Shown one piece after another: positions 63,368 to 64,000 of a stretch of DNA of 64,000 nucleotides. Source of the DNA: Candidatus Bathyarchaeota archaeon (GTDB taxonomy: Archaea > Thermoproteota > Bathyarchaeia > Bathyarchaeales > Bathycorpusculaceae). A model generated the notes under the pieces. The model did no database searches and had not been told where the DNA came from. It saw nothing but the letters and a program-made list of their open reading frames with translations. Position 1 is the stretch's first letter. The number at the start of each line of letters is the position of its first letter. The translations under genes were made by a program, and so were the position numbers. The DNA is taken from positions 224,001-288,000 of the forward strand of contig CAWDYC010000003.1 in the NCBI GenBank assembly GCA_963806535.1, in the 5' to 3' direction.

Positions 63368-64000
63368 TTGCCAGTTGGCATGCGATACGCAACTCTTGAG
63401 GAAAGAAAACAATTCTACACTTCTGAATTTAACTTAGAAAAGGTTGCCCAATGGTTCAAAGGGGAGCTTGGCAAAACCAAATTTGCAGTAATAATCGGCA
63501 GACATACAAAAATTTATCCAGAAAAATACAAAGAAGACGCTGCAACCACAATAATAATCGACGAATACAAAAATTTAGAAGACCTGAGGCAACAAATACT
63601 TGAGTTTTTACCTGAAGCCGTGTACTATGACAGAAGCGTATATGACGAAAATGACCGTAAAATAGGGCAAGAACTTGCTTTTGATCTTGACCCAGAAAAC
63701 ATAACCTGCCCAATCCACGGCACCTTAGCTGATAAAATGAAGCGCAATGCAGGGTTTAAGCTTCTGTGAATTAGAATTGGAAATGGTTAAACAGGAAGCA
63801 GTCGGGCTCTTATGAGTTTCTTGCAAATCGTTTTTCTGAGGTTAAGGCTGTTTATTCGGGCAGAGGTTTCCACCTACACGTTTTAGACCCGCAAGCCTAC
63901 CAGATGAGCACACAAAAAAGGGAGGAACTCGCTCAGCAAGTAAAAAGCGCCGGGTTCCACATTGACGAATGGGTAACCTCAGGCGAAATGCGTTTGATAC
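63368..64000 (+). CDS. PriS-like (AEP) primase, frameshifted and truncated by the window end
   Basis: QELAFDLD, VYSGRGFHLHV, later DEWVT. Confidence 0.75.

Noticed and set aside
6504-64000. Many split genes (proS, rtcA, trm5, glmS, GGR, bud32, rdgB, copA, rbr) read as pseudogenes or programmed frameshifts
   Set aside because: Single-base indels hit essential genes throughout, often at homopolymers and without other decay, which is typical of long-read consensus error.

Overview
Archaeal chromosomal segment, most consistent with a TACK-lineage archaeon such as Bathyarchaeia. This is inferred from gene content (arcadin-1, RPC34/TFE-beta, Zn-ferredoxin, KEOPS cluster, Cdc48, FEN1). Most of it is housekeeping: aminotransferase, AOR, proS, ABC exporter plus PadR, rtcA, trm5, glmS, fen1, EF-1beta, cdc48, GGR, pth2, truD, NMNAT, ogt, proteasome beta, nadC, rlmE, kae1-bud32-rdgB, rps15, RecJ-like, pcc1, copA, and an oxidative-stress cluster. 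Many essential genes are split by single indels, which points to long-read consensus errors rather than decay. There are three accessory regions: about 1-3.2 kb, about 19.3-22.9 kb, and a ~6.2 kb integrated element at 38750-44944. The element is the most notable feature. It has 25-bp imperfect terminal inverted repeats and is flanked by an identical 6-bp AAATAT direct repeat, inside the TFE-beta/kae1 divergent promoter. It encodes a tyrosine recombinase, a run of small Zn-finger proteins, a wHTH protein and an FtsK/HerA-like ATPase. It also carries ~260 nt of five back-to-back hairpins, but no recognisable Rep or capsid gene. Other unexplained non-coding structures are a three-hairpin candidate ncRNA (50171-50318), a helically phased GACT array (57510-57619), a displaced diverged copy of the aminotransferase 3' end (1507-1631) and degenerate direct repeats bracketing a small ORF (1033-1467). 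No tRNA, rRNA or CRISPR array was seen. All calls are by eye, without database searches.
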